Below, piece by piece: positions 8,474 through 19,073 of a DNA stretch of 64,000 nt (positions are counted from its first letter, which is position 1; the number at the start of each line of letters is the position of its first letter). Under the pieces are notes generated by a model. The model did not search any database. It saw only the letters and a program-made list of their open reading frames with translations, and was not told the origin of the DNA. Both the position numbers and the translations under genes were made by a program. Origin of the DNA: an uncultured bacterium (GTDB taxonomy: Bacteria; Patescibacteriota; Minisyncoccia; Phycocordibacterales; Phycocordibacteraceae); the NCBI GenBank assembly GCA_937879955.1, contig CALFMK010000003.1:12581-76580 (forward strand), written 5' to 3'.

Positions 8474-9693
8474 AGCGGGTACTGATATTCTCCCTCAACT
8501 ATTACCCGCACTTCATCGGCGGGGCCGAGGTCGCGATCAAGGAGATAACCGATCGCATATCGTCTGAGGAGATCGAGTTCCATATGGTGACGCTCCTTAT
8601 GGATTCTGTCCTCCCGAAGGAAGAGCGCGTCGGGAACGTCATCGTGCACCGCATCGGCCCTGCCGTAGAGAATCCGACGATAGCGGATCTCAGGCGATTC
8701 CCGCTCCATTACGCGAAGCACCTGTACCAGTTCCTCGCGGCATGGGAGGCCCTGCGGCTCCATCGGCGGCTGCGCTTCGACGGCATGTGGGCGATGATGG
8801 CGCATGCCTGCGGCATACCTGCAGGACTCTTCAAGCGCCTCGCGCCGGGAGTCAGCTACCTCCTCACGCTCCAGGAAGGGGATCCGCCTGAGCACATCGA
8901 GCGCCTGGCGCGGCCGGTATGGCCGCTCTTCGTCCGCGGCTTCAGGAGCGCGGACCAGGTCCAGGCGATATCGAACTTCCTGCTCTCATGGGCGCGACGG
9001 ATGGGATTCGACGGTCCTGCCGAGGTGATACCGAACGGCGTTGATCTCGCGCGCTTCATGCGCCCCTACCCGGCCGAGCAGATAGACGCCATGAAAGAGT
9101 CGCTCGGAAAGAAGGAAGGCGAGCTATTCCTCGTCACGACCTCGCGCCTGGTCCATAAGAACGCCGTCGACGACGTGATACGGGCCATGCCGGCCATGCC
9201 GGAGAACGTCACCTTCCTCGTCTACGGCATAGGCCCGGACGAGGACATGCTCCGCTCGCTCGCGGCTGACCTCGGCGTCTCAGGGCGGGTCCGGTTCATG
9301 GGCCAGATCGGTCATGCGGAGATGCCGCTCATGCTCGCGAGCTGCGACATGTTCGTGCGCCCTTCGCGCTCGGAGGGCATGGGCAACTCGTTCGTGGAGG
9401 CCATGGCAGCGGGGCTCCCGGTCATCGCGACGCAGGAGGGAGGCATCAGCGATTTCCTCTATGACGAGGTGCGGAATCCCGGCAAGGAGCCGACCGGCTG
9501 GGCGGTGGACGCAGACAGCCCGGCCCAGATCGCCGAGGCCGTACGGGCCATCATCGGGTCGCCCGATGCCGTGGCGCGCGTGCGGGAGACGGCACGGGCC
9601 ATGGTGTCAGCGCGGTACGACTGGGACACGGTTGCGAAGGATATGCGGGCGCTCTTCGCCCGGGTGCTCGGGGCTCCGGATGGAGTAGAATAG
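8470..9693 (+). CDS. Glycosyltransferase family 4
   Basis: GGAE N-terminal motif, IPNGVD, EGMGNSFVEAMAAG (EX7E). Confidence 0.9.
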   Translation: MKRVLIFSLNYYPHFIGGAEVAIKEITDRISSEEIEFHMVTLLMDSVLPKEERVGNVIVHRIGPAVENPTIADLRRFPLHYAKHLYQFLAAWEALRLHRRLRFDGMWAMMAHACGIPAGLFKRLAPGVSYLLTLQEGDPPEHIERLARPVWPLFVRGFRSADQVQAISNFLLSWARRMGFDGPAEVIPNGVDLARFMRPYPAEQIDAMKESLGKKEGELFLVTTSRLVHKNAVDDVIRAMPAMPENVTFLVYGIGPDEDMLRSLAADLGVSGRVRFMGQIGHAEMPLMLASCDMFVRPSRSEGMGNSFVEAMAAGLPVIATQEGGISDFLYDEVRNPGKEPTGWAVDADSPAQIAEAVRAIIGSPDAVARVRETARAMVSARYDWDTVAKDMRALFARVLGAPDGVE

Positions 9694-9698
9694 TCCCT

Positions 9699-10799
9699 AT
9701 GCGGCTCCTCATAGCCACCCCCTTATATCCGCCGGATCCGGGCGGTCCCGCGACCTACGCGAAGATCCTCGAGACCGAGCTCCCGTCCCGCGGCGTCCAG
9801 GTCGCGGTCCTGAAGTTCGGTTCCGTGCGCCGCTATCCGAAGATCGTGCGGCATGTCGCGTATTCCGTGCTCCTCATGCGCGCGCTCAAGGACGCGGATG
9901 CCGTCCTCGCGCTCGACCCGGTGTCTACCGGGCTCTCAGCCATGCTCGCCGCGAAGATCATGCGGAAGCCGTTCTTCGTGAAGGTGGTGGGGGACTATGC
10001 CTGGGAGCAGGGTACGCAGCGATACGGGATACGCGAGACGCTCGACGAGTTCGTGCGGTCGCGACACGTCCCGTTCCAGGTATCGGCGCTCCGCTCCGTC
10101 CAGGCGGCGGTCGCGCGTGCGGCGAGGACGGTGATCGTGCCGAGCGAGTATCTCCGCGGCATCGTAGCCGCATGGGGCATCCCGCCCGAGCACATGACCG
10201 TCGTCTATAACGCGATGCAGGCGGAGCCGGCCGGGACGCTTCCTTCGGCGGCGGCATCCGCCTCGCGCCCGCGCGTGGTGTCGGCAGGAAGGCTCGTGCC
10301 GTGGAAGGGCATGTCCGGCATCATCGACGCGATGGTCGCGGTGCGAGGTGGTATCCCGGACGCGACCCTTCTCATCGCGGGAGGCGGGCCTGACCGGGAT
10401 TCTCTCGAGCAGTATGCTCATGCGCGGCTCGGATCCGCGGCCACGATTCTCGGTCCGCTGTCTCACGCCGATACGCTCGCTCTCGTCGCGGATGCCGACG
10501 TATTCGTCCTCAACTCTACCTATGAAGGGCTGTCGCACCTTCTCATCGAGGCGCTCTCGCTCGGGAAGGCGGTCATCGCGACTGCGGTGGGCGGGAATCC
10601 GGAGCTCGTCGAGGACGGCAAGAACGGGCTGCTCGTGCCGCCGGGAGACCGCGATGCGCTCGCTGACGCGATCACGCACCTTCTCTCGACGCCGGAGCAT
10701 CGGGCGGTCCTCGGCACCGCCGCACGAGATTCGATGGAGCGATTCACGACCGCTGCCATGGCCGATGCGACCGTGAAGATCCTAACCTCACACCTATGA
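9699..10799 (+). CDS. Glycosyltransferase family 4
   Basis: PPDPGGPATY, GRLVPWKG, EGLSHLLIEA. Confidence 0.9.
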   Translation: MRLLIATPLYPPDPGGPATYAKILETELPSRGVQVAVLKFGSVRRYPKIVRHVAYSVLLMRALKDADAVLALDPVSTGLSAMLAAKIMRKPFFVKVVGDYAWEQGTQRYGIRETLDEFVRSRHVPFQVSALRSVQAAVARAARTVIVPSEYLRGIVAAWGIPPEHMTVVYNAMQAEPAGTLPSAAASASRPRVVSAGRLVPWKGMSGIIDAMVAVRGGIPDATLLIAGGGPDRDSLEQYAHARLGSAATILGPLSHADTLALVADADVFVLNSTYEGLSHLLIEALSLGKAVIATAVGGNPELVEDGKNGLLVPPGDRDALADAITHLLSTPEHRAVLGTAARDSMERFTTAAMADATVKILTSHL

Positions 10800-11935
10800 A
10801 AGTCCTCTTCATAACCAACGACCCAACCATCCTCGACCTCGGGAGCTCAGGGCACGGGCGCATGCGCGAGAACGCACTCGCGATCGGAGAGCTGCACGTG
10901 CTGATCGGCGCGTCGGCAGCGGAGACGAGGGACGAGGGCAGCCTGAGGGTCCATGCGGTTAAGGTGGGCAGGTTCGCACGTGACGCGACCCTTAAGGAAG
11001 CGGCGGCCGGGCTCGTCCGCGCGCATGGCATCCAGGCAGTGTGGGTCGAGGATCCCTTCGAGCTCGGCGTTATCGCGCTCGCCGTCGCGCGCGCGACCTC
11101 GCTGCCGCTCTACGTGAATGTCTATACCGACTTCCTCTCGCCCTGGTACTCGACCATGACGGGCATGTTCCGCTCCTCGAAGGTGAGGGTGCCGGGAGAG
11201 AATCGGAAGCGAATCCTGCTCGCGGATACGGTGCTTCCTGCGGCGCGCGGCATACGGGTGATGTCGGAGCGGGTGAAGGCTTCTCTCGTGAAGAAGTACG
11301 GCACTGCCATACCTGAGCCTGTCGTGATACCGGTCGCCGTCCACCAGGTCCCCGTCGAGCGCGTGATGCTTCCGGAACCCTCGTTCCCGTTCTCCCTCAT
11401 CGCTGCCGGCCGTCTCGATGCCGGGCGGCGCGTGATCGATATCATAGACGCGCTCGCGCTCATAAAGGATCGCTATCCGGGCGTCGGGCTCTACATCGTC
11501 GGCGACGGTCCAGAGCGCAGGCGCCTCGAGCGACAGGTGAGGCGCCGGAAGCTCTCCGGACGCGTCATCTTCCTCGGAGACCGTCGCGATACGCAGGGGC
11601 TCATGCGGAGCGCGAACGTGTTCGTGCAGGCGAGCGCGCACGAAGGATACGGCCGCCGGCTCCTGCAGGCCGCGATCGCGCGCGTGCCTATCATAACGAC
11701 GGACGTCGGCATCGTCGGCGAAGTGTTCAAGGGCTATGACGACGTGCTCGCGATGCCGCCGGGAGACCCGGCCGCGCTTTCCATACACATCGTCGGCCTC
11801 ATCGAGGACGGACAGGCACGGAACCTCCTGGCCATGAGCGCGGAAGCGTCCGCGAAGCGCTTCCTGCAGGCCGCCGGGAACATACCGGAGCGCATAGCCG
11901 CCTGGCTAGCAGGCGGACCGAACCCTGCCGTATGA
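10796..11935 (+). CDS. Glycosyltransferase family 4 (second Glu of EX7E replaced by Gln)
   Basis: AGRL, IVGDGP, EGYGRRLLQA, TTDVG. Confidence 0.8.
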   Translation: MKVLFITNDPTILDLGSSGHGRMRENALAIGELHVLIGASAAETRDEGSLRVHAVKVGRFARDATLKEAAAGLVRAHGIQAVWVEDPFELGVIALAVARATSLPLYVNVYTDFLSPWYSTMTGMFRSSKVRVPGENRKRILLADTVLPAARGIRVMSERVKASLVKKYGTAIPEPVVIPVAVHQVPVERVMLPEPSFPFSLIAAGRLDAGRRVIDIIDALALIKDRYPGVGLYIVGDGPERRRLERQVRRRKLSGRVIFLGDRRDTQGLMRSANVFVQASAHEGYGRRLLQAAIARVPIITTDVGIVGEVFKGYDDVLAMPPGDPAALSIHIVGLIEDGQARNLLAMSAEASAKRFLQAAGNIPERIAAWLAGGPNPAV

Positions 11936-13053
11936 GGGTCCTGATGGTGTCGCTCGATCGGAAGGCGTTCGTACCGGGAGACCCGGCGCGCGAGCGGCTC
12001 GCGTCGTACGGGAAGGTATTCGAGGAACTGCATATCATCGTCTACGCGAAGCGGGATCTCGGCCTTTCCGAGGAGCGCATCGCGGACAACGTCTGGCTCT
12101 ATCCGACGAACTCGAAGGGCCGGCTCTCGTACGTCCTCGATGCTATCAGGCTCGCGCGCGGCCGTTCCGTTGATATCGTCTCGGGGCAGGACCTCGGAGA
12201 GACAGGCGTGGCCGCCTGGCGCATCGCGCGCATGCTCAGGGTCCCGCTCCAGCTGCAGGATCACGCGGACGTATTCGATCCGTACTTCGCGAGAGAGAGT
12301 ATAGGGAACCGGGTCCGGGTCCTTGTCGCGCGGTTCCTGCTCCCGAAGGCCGACTGCATCCGTACGGTCCTTCCGGCAGGGAAGGACCGGATCAGCGCGC
12401 ACTTCCCGTCGCTCGAAGGACGCATCGAGGTCCTGCCGGTCTATACGCCCACAGACGCTCTCAGGGATGCGCGCCCGTCGTTCTCGCTCCATGACCGGTA
12501 TCCTGCGTTCTCGCGCATCTTCCTGATGGCATCGAGGCTCGTTCCTCAGAAGGACATCGGCTTCGCGTTGCGAGCGTTCGCTGAGGCGGATGTCGAAGGG
12601 AGCGGGCTCGTGCTCGTGGGCGAGGGTCCGCTCAAGGACGCGCTCATGGAGGAAGCCGTGGAGCTCGGCATCGAGGACCGGGTCGTGTTCGTGCCGTGGG
12701 AGCGCGACCTTGTCCCGTACTACAAGACCGCGGACCTGTTCCTGCTCTCGTCCGCGTACGAGAGCTATTGCCGTACGCTCGTCGAGGCCGCGGCCGCAGG
12801 GCTTCCGTTCGTGTCTACGGACGTGGGCGTCGCGAGCGCGCTCGTCGGGTCGGGGGCGGCAGGCACCGTCGTCGCGCACGGGGACCATGTCGCGTTCAGG
12901 AACGCTATCCGTGCCTGGAGCGAGTCAGGGAAGGATGCTGCGGCGGCCGGGAAGGGGCTCGCGGCGGTCGAGCGCCTCGTCGGCAAGGACGAGAACGAGT
13001 ACCGCGCGCGGTACCGCGATACACTCGCGCGATGCGCGCAGAAAGCAGTATGA
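11932..13053 (+). CDS. Glycosyltransferase family 4
   Basis: SRLVPQK, VGEGP, ESYCRTLVEA, STDVG. Confidence 0.88.
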   Translation: MRVLMVSLDRKAFVPGDPARERLASYGKVFEELHIIVYAKRDLGLSEERIADNVWLYPTNSKGRLSYVLDAIRLARGRSVDIVSGQDLGETGVAAWRIARMLRVPLQLQDHADVFDPYFARESIGNRVRVLVARFLLPKADCIRTVLPAGKDRISAHFPSLEGRIEVLPVYTPTDALRDARPSFSLHDRYPAFSRIFLMASRLVPQKDIGFALRAFAEADVEGSGLVLVGEGPLKDALMEEAVELGIEDRVVFVPWERDLVPYYKTADLFLLSSAYESYCRTLVEAAAAGLPFVSTDVGVASALVGSGAAGTVVAHGDHVAFRNAIRAWSESGKDAAAAGKGLAAVERLVGKDENEYRARYRDTLARCAQKAV

Positions 13054-14093
13054 GGCTCCTCGTCGTAACCCAGGCGCTCGATCTCGACGACCCGCTCCTT
13101 TCCGCGTATCACGGATGGGTCGAGGCGCTCGCGCATGAGTCCGAGAGCGTCGAGGCGGTCTGTCTCAAGGAAGGGAGGCACGACCTCCCGGCGAACGTCG
13201 CCGTGCACTCCCTCGGCAAGGAGTCGGGGCGACGGTCCCGACTGCGCTACGCGCTGTCGTTCCTTGCGCTCTGCTGGAAGCTGCGGAAGCGGTACGATGC
13301 GGCGTTCGTGCATATGAACCAGGAGTACGTGCTTATCGCCGGACCGCTCTGGAAGCTGCTCGGGAAGGGTATCTATATGTGGCGCAACCACTATGCCGGC
13401 TCCGTCCTCACGGATATCGCGGCGAGCCTCTGCACGAGCGTCTTCTGCACGTCCCGCCATTCCTATACCGCGAAGTACCGCAAGACCGCATTGATGCCGG
13501 TGGGCGTGAATCTCGAGCGCTTCGATCCGGAGGGTCCTGAGGGCCGCGTGCCGCGCTCGATCCTTTTCTTCTCGCGCATCGCGCCATCGAAGCATGCAGA
13601 GCTCTTCGTCGAGGCGTTAGGTCTTTTGAAGGCGAGAGGTTTGCCCTTCTCCGCGTCTATCGTAGGATCCGCGCCGTCCGAGTATGAGGCGTATGCACAG
13701 GGGCTTCGCGCGCAGGCAGGGGACCTCGGCCTTGCGGAAGACGTACGGTTCCTTCCGGGAATCCGCAACGAGGACGCACCGTCGGTGTTCCGTTCCTATG
13801 AGCTCTATGTGAACTGCTCGCCGTCCGGGATGCTCGACAAGGTTATCTTCGAGGCGGCCGCGTCAGGGTGTCTCATCCTCTCCGAGAGCGATGACCTGAG
13901 GAAGGGAGGATTCGAGGACGTTACGTACGAGCCTGGCGATGCCGCGTCGCTCGCGGAGCACATCGAGCGCATGCTCGGATACTCGCCTGAGGAGAAGACT
14001 GCACTCCACGCGCGCTTCGCGTCGCTCGCGAACGAGAACAGCCTTACCGGGCTCGCGAAGGAGCTCGTGGCGCATATGCAGCCCAGCCGGTAG
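13050..14093 (+). CDS. Glycosyltransferase family 4
   Basis: True start is probably ATG 13050 (MRLLVVTQ), overlapping the previous stop. SRIAPSK and GMLDKVIFEA motifs. Confidence 0.85.
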   Translation: MRLLVVTQALDLDDPLLSAYHGWVEALAHESESVEAVCLKEGRHDLPANVAVHSLGKESGRRSRLRYALSFLALCWKLRKRYDAAFVHMNQEYVLIAGPLWKLLGKGIYMWRNHYAGSVLTDIAASLCTSVFCTSRHSYTAKYRKTALMPVGVNLERFDPEGPEGRVPRSILFFSRIAPSKHAELFVEALGLLKARGLPFSASIVGSAPSEYEAYAQGLRAQAGDLGLAEDVRFLPGIRNEDAPSVFRSYELYVNCSPSGMLDKVIFEAAASGCLILSESDDLRKGGFEDVTYEPGDAASLAEHIERMLGYSPEEKTALHARFASLANENSLTGLAKELVAHMQPSR

Positions 14094-14103
14094 TATTTCG
14101 GGG

Positions 14104-14553
14104 ATGAGGTACTATCTCGATTTCGAAGGGACTTGCTTTGATACGGAAGCGTTCTTTGCGTATGTCCGGGAGCGCGGGAGCGACGATGCCTTCGAACCGG
14201 GCGAATTGTCACGGTTCCTTTATCCTGACGCCGCGACGTTCCTGCGCGAGAAGGAGAACGCGGTCACGATAATCACGTCCGCCGATCGGGAGACGCAGGA
14301 ACCGAAGACGAAGAGTGCGCTCTACGGTATCCCGCGTATGTCGGTGATGTATACGGGCGGTGCTCGAAAAGGGGAGTTCCTGGCCCCGCATACGCATCTT
14401 CACAAGGATGCGCTGCTCGTCGACGATTCAACGGCGGAGCTCGAAGCGCTTCAGAAAGAATGTCCTGAGCTCGTGCTCTACGAGATGCGACGGTGTGGCG
14501 GGGTGGGGGATGGGCGCTGGCCGGTCGTGCGGTCACTCTTAGAGCTCCCGTAA
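14104..14553 (+). CDS. HAD-superfamily-like protein
   Basis: MRYYLDFEGTCFDT (motif I-like) and LLVDD (motif IV). Start moved to ATG 14104. Confidence 0.65.
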   Translation: MRYYLDFEGTCFDTEAFFAYVRERGSDDAFEPGELSRFLYPDAATFLREKENAVTIITSADRETQEPKTKSALYGIPRMSVMYTGGARKGEFLAPHTHLHKDALLVDDSTAELEALQKECPELVLYEMRRCGGVGDGRWPVVRSLLELP

Positions 14554-14578
14554 GCGTACCGGGTATACTTAGGTTCAT

Positions 14579-15208
14579 ATGCGGTTCAAGACCAAGTCAT
14601 TCCTGCGCCGGGAGCAGTACAAGAGGCTCTCGAAGCTTTCTATCGACGGGAAGATCCTCGATATCGGCGGATCGAAGAAATCCGGCTACCACGAGCTCAT
14701 CGGCGGGGACCACAGCATCCTCGTGGGGAACATAAACGAAGCCTACGGAATCGATCTCGTTTTCGATGCGCAGGAGCCGTGGCCCTTCGAGGACGCGTCG
14801 TTCGACGGTGTCTTGCTCGTGAACGTCCTCGAGCATCTGTACAAGCATCGCGTCACCCTCGACGAGACGAGACGGACGCTTCGGAAGGGAGGTACGGTCG
14901 CCGGTGTGGTGCCGTTCATGATAAACGTGCACGGGTCGCCGAACGACTACTTTCGCTACACGAGGAGCACGCTCGAGCAGATGCTCAACGAAGCGGGGTT
15001 CAGTGACGTACAGGTCGAAGAGCTCGGTACCGGTGCGTTCAGCGTGATCTACCATTGCCTCCTCGGGTTCGTGCGCTTCAACTGGATGGCCGACGTGCTG
15101 ATACCGCTCTTCGGCGGAATCGACCGGCTCATCGGCCGCATCAAGCCGGACAACAAGATGTCGGCGAAGCAGATGCCGCTCGGCTATTACTTCGAGGCGA
15201 GACGGTAG
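14579..15208 (+). CDS. Class I SAM-dependent methyltransferase (Methyltransf_11-like)
   Basis: ILDIGG, FEDASFD, NVLEH, VPF...HGSPNDYFRYT. Confidence 0.88.
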   Translation: MRFKTKSFLRREQYKRLSKLSIDGKILDIGGSKKSGYHELIGGDHSILVGNINEAYGIDLVFDAQEPWPFEDASFDGVLLVNVLEHLYKHRVTLDETRRTLRKGGTVAGVVPFMINVHGSPNDYFRYTRSTLEQMLNEAGFSDVQVEELGTGAFSVIYHCLLGFVRFNWMADVLIPLFGGIDRLIGRIKPDNKMSAKQMPLGYYFEARR

Positions 15209-15211
15209 TCC

Positions 15212-16327
15212 ATGGAGCTAATCTACCTCACCGCGAAGCATTTTCCGGCCACAACCGCCGATCATGTCTACATACGCTTCCTCGCCCAGGCGTTCTCCCG
15301 GCTGCTCGGGAAGGATTTCACGCTCGTGATAGCGGGCGAGATTCCGGACGAGCTGGGCTGCATGCGTGTTCGCAGCGTCCGTACGCCGAGGTTCCTCAGG
15401 ACACTCTTCTATTTCTTCTGGCTTCCGAGCTTCATACATTCCCGTCTCAAGGGCGGAGTAAAGCCCTTCTTTTTCTGCAACGACTTCAACCTTCTCGCGA
15501 TACTCGCGTTCTGGAAGCCCTTCTTCAGGGACCGGTACGGCATATGTTCCGACTGGCATCTCATGACCGAGTCGTGGAAGGACCAGTACGTCGCGCGAGC
15601 GAGCGACCGCCTAGTCACGACCTCGGCGCGACTGAAGGCATGCATCGTCGAGCGGACGGGGACGCCTGTCGAACGGGTCAGTGTCGTCTACGGAGGTATC
15701 GATCCGGAGCCCTACAGGGAACCTTTTTCTAAGACCCGTGAGGAACTGCAGCTGCCGGAAGGGTACCTGGTCGGATACGTGGGACTCTTCAGGACCATGG
15801 GCAAGGAGAAGGGGCTGAAGACGATGATAGACGCGCTCGCGATGCTCCCGTCCGATGTCCATATGGCGTTCGTCGGCGGCTCGCCGGCAGAAATCGACGA
15901 GTACCGTGCGTACGCTCGGGCACATGATGTCTCGGATCGATGCGTGTTCATCGAGAAGCAGCCATTCGAAGGAGTCGTCACGTATGAACGGAGCATGGAT
16001 GCGCTTGTTATCCCGTATCCGGACGAGCCCCACTTCCGCAATTACGGATTCCCGATGAAGGTCTACGAATACCTCGCGGCAGGGAGGTCTATCATCTATT
16101 CGAACCTCGCGATACTGGACGAGGTCCTTGGTGAGAAGGGCGCCAGTTTCACTGCTGGAGAAGCAGCTGATCTTGCGCGAGCGGTCCTTCTCCTTAAGGA
16201 GGGTGATGCGGCATCAGCAAGTCCATCCGAGTACAGAGACCTGTATTCGTGGGACAGGAAGGCAGCTGAAATCGTCGGAGCTATCTCTGAAGAGCCTTCT
16301 CCACGAGCGGGAGGAATCCTTTCTTAA
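15212..16327 (+). CDS. Glycosyltransferase family 4
   Basis: GYVG...KG and FPMKVYEYLAAG. Confidence 0.85.
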   Translation: MELIYLTAKHFPATTADHVYIRFLAQAFSRLLGKDFTLVIAGEIPDELGCMRVRSVRTPRFLRTLFYFFWLPSFIHSRLKGGVKPFFFCNDFNLLAILAFWKPFFRDRYGICSDWHLMTESWKDQYVARASDRLVTTSARLKACIVERTGTPVERVSVVYGGIDPEPYREPFSKTREELQLPEGYLVGYVGLFRTMGKEKGLKTMIDALAMLPSDVHMAFVGGSPAEIDEYRAYARAHDVSDRCVFIEKQPFEGVVTYERSMDALVIPYPDEPHFRNYGFPMKVYEYLAAGRSIIYSNLAILDEVLGEKGASFTAGEAADLARAVLLLKEGDAASASPSEYRDLYSWDRKAAEIVGAISEEPSPRAGGILS

Positions 16328-17459
16328 TCACTTCGAGTGTGTGGTCCTGCTGGAGGCGGGCGAAACCTTCGGCGAAGTACCCTGGATCCGTTTCCATAGC
16401 GCGCTTCAGTGTATCGGCAAGAGAGACGGCGTCACCTTCCTTGTAGAGGAATCCGATACCATACTTCTCGACGTACCAGGCGAAAGGTTCTATGTTTGGC
16501 GCGACGATAGGGATGTTCCGTTGGAAGCAATCATGCATCACCTGAGATGATATATTTCCGCGTGCGAAGTCATAAGGAAGTAGCGCGTAGCGCGTCTGGA
16601 GCATGAGCTCTGAATATCGCTCTTCGGTTATATATCCGAACTCTCCGCGGACATGGAGCGATTCGTCGTTCTCTAGCTCATGGACCAGTGCCTCTACGGA
16701 ACGACCAACAGAGTCCCGAGGTAACCCTGCTACAAGATATCGATAGTCCAGCCCGTTTTCCTTATATGCGTTGAGTGCGAGCGTGTGGCTCTTGCTCCTG
16801 GAGATCGTGCCGATGGTCAGAAAGTCGAACATCGGAGAAGATTTCCTTTCCTGTTCGCCGAGCGGCTTGAGGTCTAGGTTCGGAAGCCATGGCAGATCCC
16901 TGCGCTTCAAGGCATCCTCGAGCCCAGCTATCATCGGAGGTTCGTTCGTCGTCAGAAGGAAGGATGCTCTATCTACGAGGTCCTTGTAGCACCGTGCATA
17001 AAATCGGTTCGCGAGAGCATGCAACCAGGTAGCTGCCGTCTTCGGTAGATAGATATATAACCTCGGATTCAGTATGAAAAGCCCATACCTGAACTTCGGA
17101 CGGAAGAGGTACATGAGCGGGTCATAGGATTCAGATGTTATGAGTACCAGATCCAGATTCAGTGAGGCGATGGTCCGGAGGCTCCGCTTCCATCTCATGA
17201 CTCGGTTCAGAATGTTCGCAAGACGAGATGGGAGAAGTGGAATTTTGCCAGACGCTGTCTCAGGCAGTAGTGCCTGGAATTCGGGTGTGTTACCGAGGAA
17301 AAGCCTGCCCTCATAGGTCTCACGCATGTACCCGTCAAGATCGAGAAATACGACCTGGTACCTGCTGTCATTGAGTAGTTCGGCGACGTATCGGTCGAAT
17401 GCGACAAAGTGACCTTCCTTCGTAAAGGCTGGGTCGAATATACCTACGCGATATGGCAT
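16281..17459 (-). CDS. GT-B fold glycosyltransferase
   Basis: EGH near the N-terminus, GTISRSK, LLPY...SSQVMHD. Located in the glycan cluster. Confidence 0.7.
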   Translation of the reverse strand: MPYRVGIFDPAFTKEGHFVAFDRYVAELLNDSRYQVVFLDLDGYMRETYEGRLFLGNTPEFQALLPETASGKIPLLPSRLANILNRVMRWKRSLRTIASLNLDLVLITSESYDPLMYLFRPKFRYGLFILNPRLYIYLPKTAATWLHALANRFYARCYKDLVDRASFLLTTNEPPMIAGLEDALKRRDLPWLPNLDLKPLGEQERKSSPMFDFLTIGTISRSKSHTLALNAYKENGLDYRYLVAGLPRDSVGRSVEALVHELENDESLHVRGEFGYITEERYSELMLQTRYALLPYDFARGNISSQVMHDCFQRNIPIVAPNIEPFAWYVEKYGIGFLYKEGDAVSLADTLKRAMETDPGYFAEGFARLQQDHTLEVIKKGFLPLVEKALQR

Positions 17460-17466
17460 GACGCGG

Positions 17467-17856
17467 CTACGTGTTCGACTCTACGAGAGGTGAGTCGAGT
17501 CGATAGGTGTCCTTCTCGTAGTCATCGCCGCCACGAGTACCTTCCGTGATAGAAAGGAAGATGCTCTTCTCGAGCGCAATGAGAGAATGTGCCTCTCCGC
17601 GCTCATGCATGACGAGTGTGCCTGGTTCTGCGATGATCGCTTCGACGACGTCGCTATTCTCCGGTCTGGACAGAATCTTCATTTTTCCGCTCAGTATGTA
17701 GTCGTACTGTACGGTCTCCTTATGGTAGTGATTTCCGCGAACAGCCCCTTCGCTGCTGGTGATTACGGTTATGTGCTCGATTGGTGTGTGCGTAAGGATA
17801 TCGCGTATGGTCCCGCGATCGTCCTCGAAATTCACCGGCTTATTCCAGATTTTCAT
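17467..17856 (-). CDS. Cupin-domain sugar isomerase/epimerase (RmlC/FdtA-like)
   Basis: Start MKIWNKPVNFEDDRG; VRGNHYH and EAH cupin motifs. Confidence 0.8.
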   Translation of the reverse strand: MKIWNKPVNFEDDRGTIRDILTHTPIEHITVITSSEGAVRGNHYHKETVQYDYILSGKMKILSRPENSDVVEAIIAEPGTLVMHERGEAHSLIALEKSIFLSITEGTRGGDDYEKDTYRLDSPLVESNT

Positions 17857-17870
17857 AACGCAAGTATAGG

Positions 17871-19073
17871 CTAAACGTGGGGAATAATGAACTCGACAGG
17901 GAGGTGGCCAAGCTTCTCCTTCAGGTAGTCTCCGAGATTCCAGGGGAGTATGAGCAGATGAGATATGCCTGGATCCATCTCGCGCTCGTCGAGTATCGGG
18001 ATATGGCTTCCGGGCGTATATTTCCCGATCTTGAAGGGCGAACTCTCGAGGACGCATTCGAGCGTATCCGCATCGATGCCGCAATAATTGAGAAGAGTAT
18101 TACCCTTTGTCGCGGCGCCGAGACCGGCTACGCGCTTCCCATCCTTCTTTAAGGAGGAAAGCGTGGCATTGAGCTCTGACTTAAGGTTTCGGGTCCGCTC
18201 CATGAATGCCTCATAGGTTTCGAGGCTTCGGAGGCCGAGGTCCTGCTCCTTCTTCAGGTATTCTTCGACAAGCGGCACGTTCTCGCGCGAAGGGTCACGT
18301 CCAAGTGCTACGAGTATAGAGCCGCCCATATACGCGTTCGTCTCCAGGTGGTAGAAGAACCAGCCGCGCTTCTTTGCATAGGCAAGGAAGGGGGTGACGG
18401 CAAAGTAAGAGACGTGCTCAAGATATATCGTATCGAATGCGGTCTTCTCTACAAGCTCTGGAACGTACGGTACCTCAATGAAGAGTGTCCCGTCTTTGCG
18501 TAAGAGCGAGTCTAGTGCATCGAAGAAGCCATTCACGTCCTCTATGTGATTGAAGACGTTCGTCATGACGACCGTCTTTGCCTCGCCGTGCCTCTTGAGA
18601 ATCTCATCCACTGCATCCTTCCCGAAGAAATCCACGATCGTCTCTATGCCACGCTCGTTTCCGATTTTTCCCAAGGCTGAAGGCTCTATACCGACGGTAC
18701 GTATGTCGACCTCTTTCAGGTTCTGGAGCAGGGTACCCACATTACTCCCTATGTCGACTGCGATGTCTCCAGAGGAAAGCGAAGCTATCTCTCGCATCTT
18801 TACAGCGAGCTCCTCGAAATGGCGTACTGCTACGGGAGAATTAGACGAATCGTAGCTGTATGCGTGCTTCTGATAACGATCAGCGGCAGATACCACGTAC
18901 TCGCTCTGAAGCGCGCCGCATCCGTCGCATAGGGCGACGCGCAGCGGGTATCGTGTCTCGGGTTCTGATAGGTCTGTCTGTGTTAGGAATGTATCGGCGA
19001 GTGGGTGGTACCCGAGATCTATGACCGTGTTGAGGTCTTTCGAGTCACAGAGGTGGCAGTGGTCGATGTTCAT
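17871..19073 (-). CDS. NDP-sugar C-methyltransferase (Zn-binding N-terminus, SAM domain, C-terminal domain)
   Basis: CHLC...CDGC, DIGSNVG, YLEHVSYF, GAATKGNTLLNY, GKYTPGSHIPI, LPWN. Confidence 0.88.
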   Translation of the reverse strand: MNIDHCHLCDSKDLNTVIDLGYHPLADTFLTQTDLSEPETRYPLRVALCDGCGALQSEYVVSAADRYQKHAYSYDSSNSPVAVRHFEELAVKMREIASLSSGDIAVDIGSNVGTLLQNLKEVDIRTVGIEPSALGKIGNERGIETIVDFFGKDAVDEILKRHGEAKTVVMTNVFNHIEDVNGFFDALDSLLRKDGTLFIEVPYVPELVEKTAFDTIYLEHVSYFAVTPFLAYAKKRGWFFYHLETNAYMGGSILVALGRDPSRENVPLVEEYLKKEQDLGLRSLETYEAFMERTRNLKSELNATLSSLKKDGKRVAGLGAATKGNTLLNYCGIDADTLECVLESSPFKIGKYTPGSHIPILDEREMDPGISHLLILPWNLGDYLKEKLGHLPVEFIIPHV

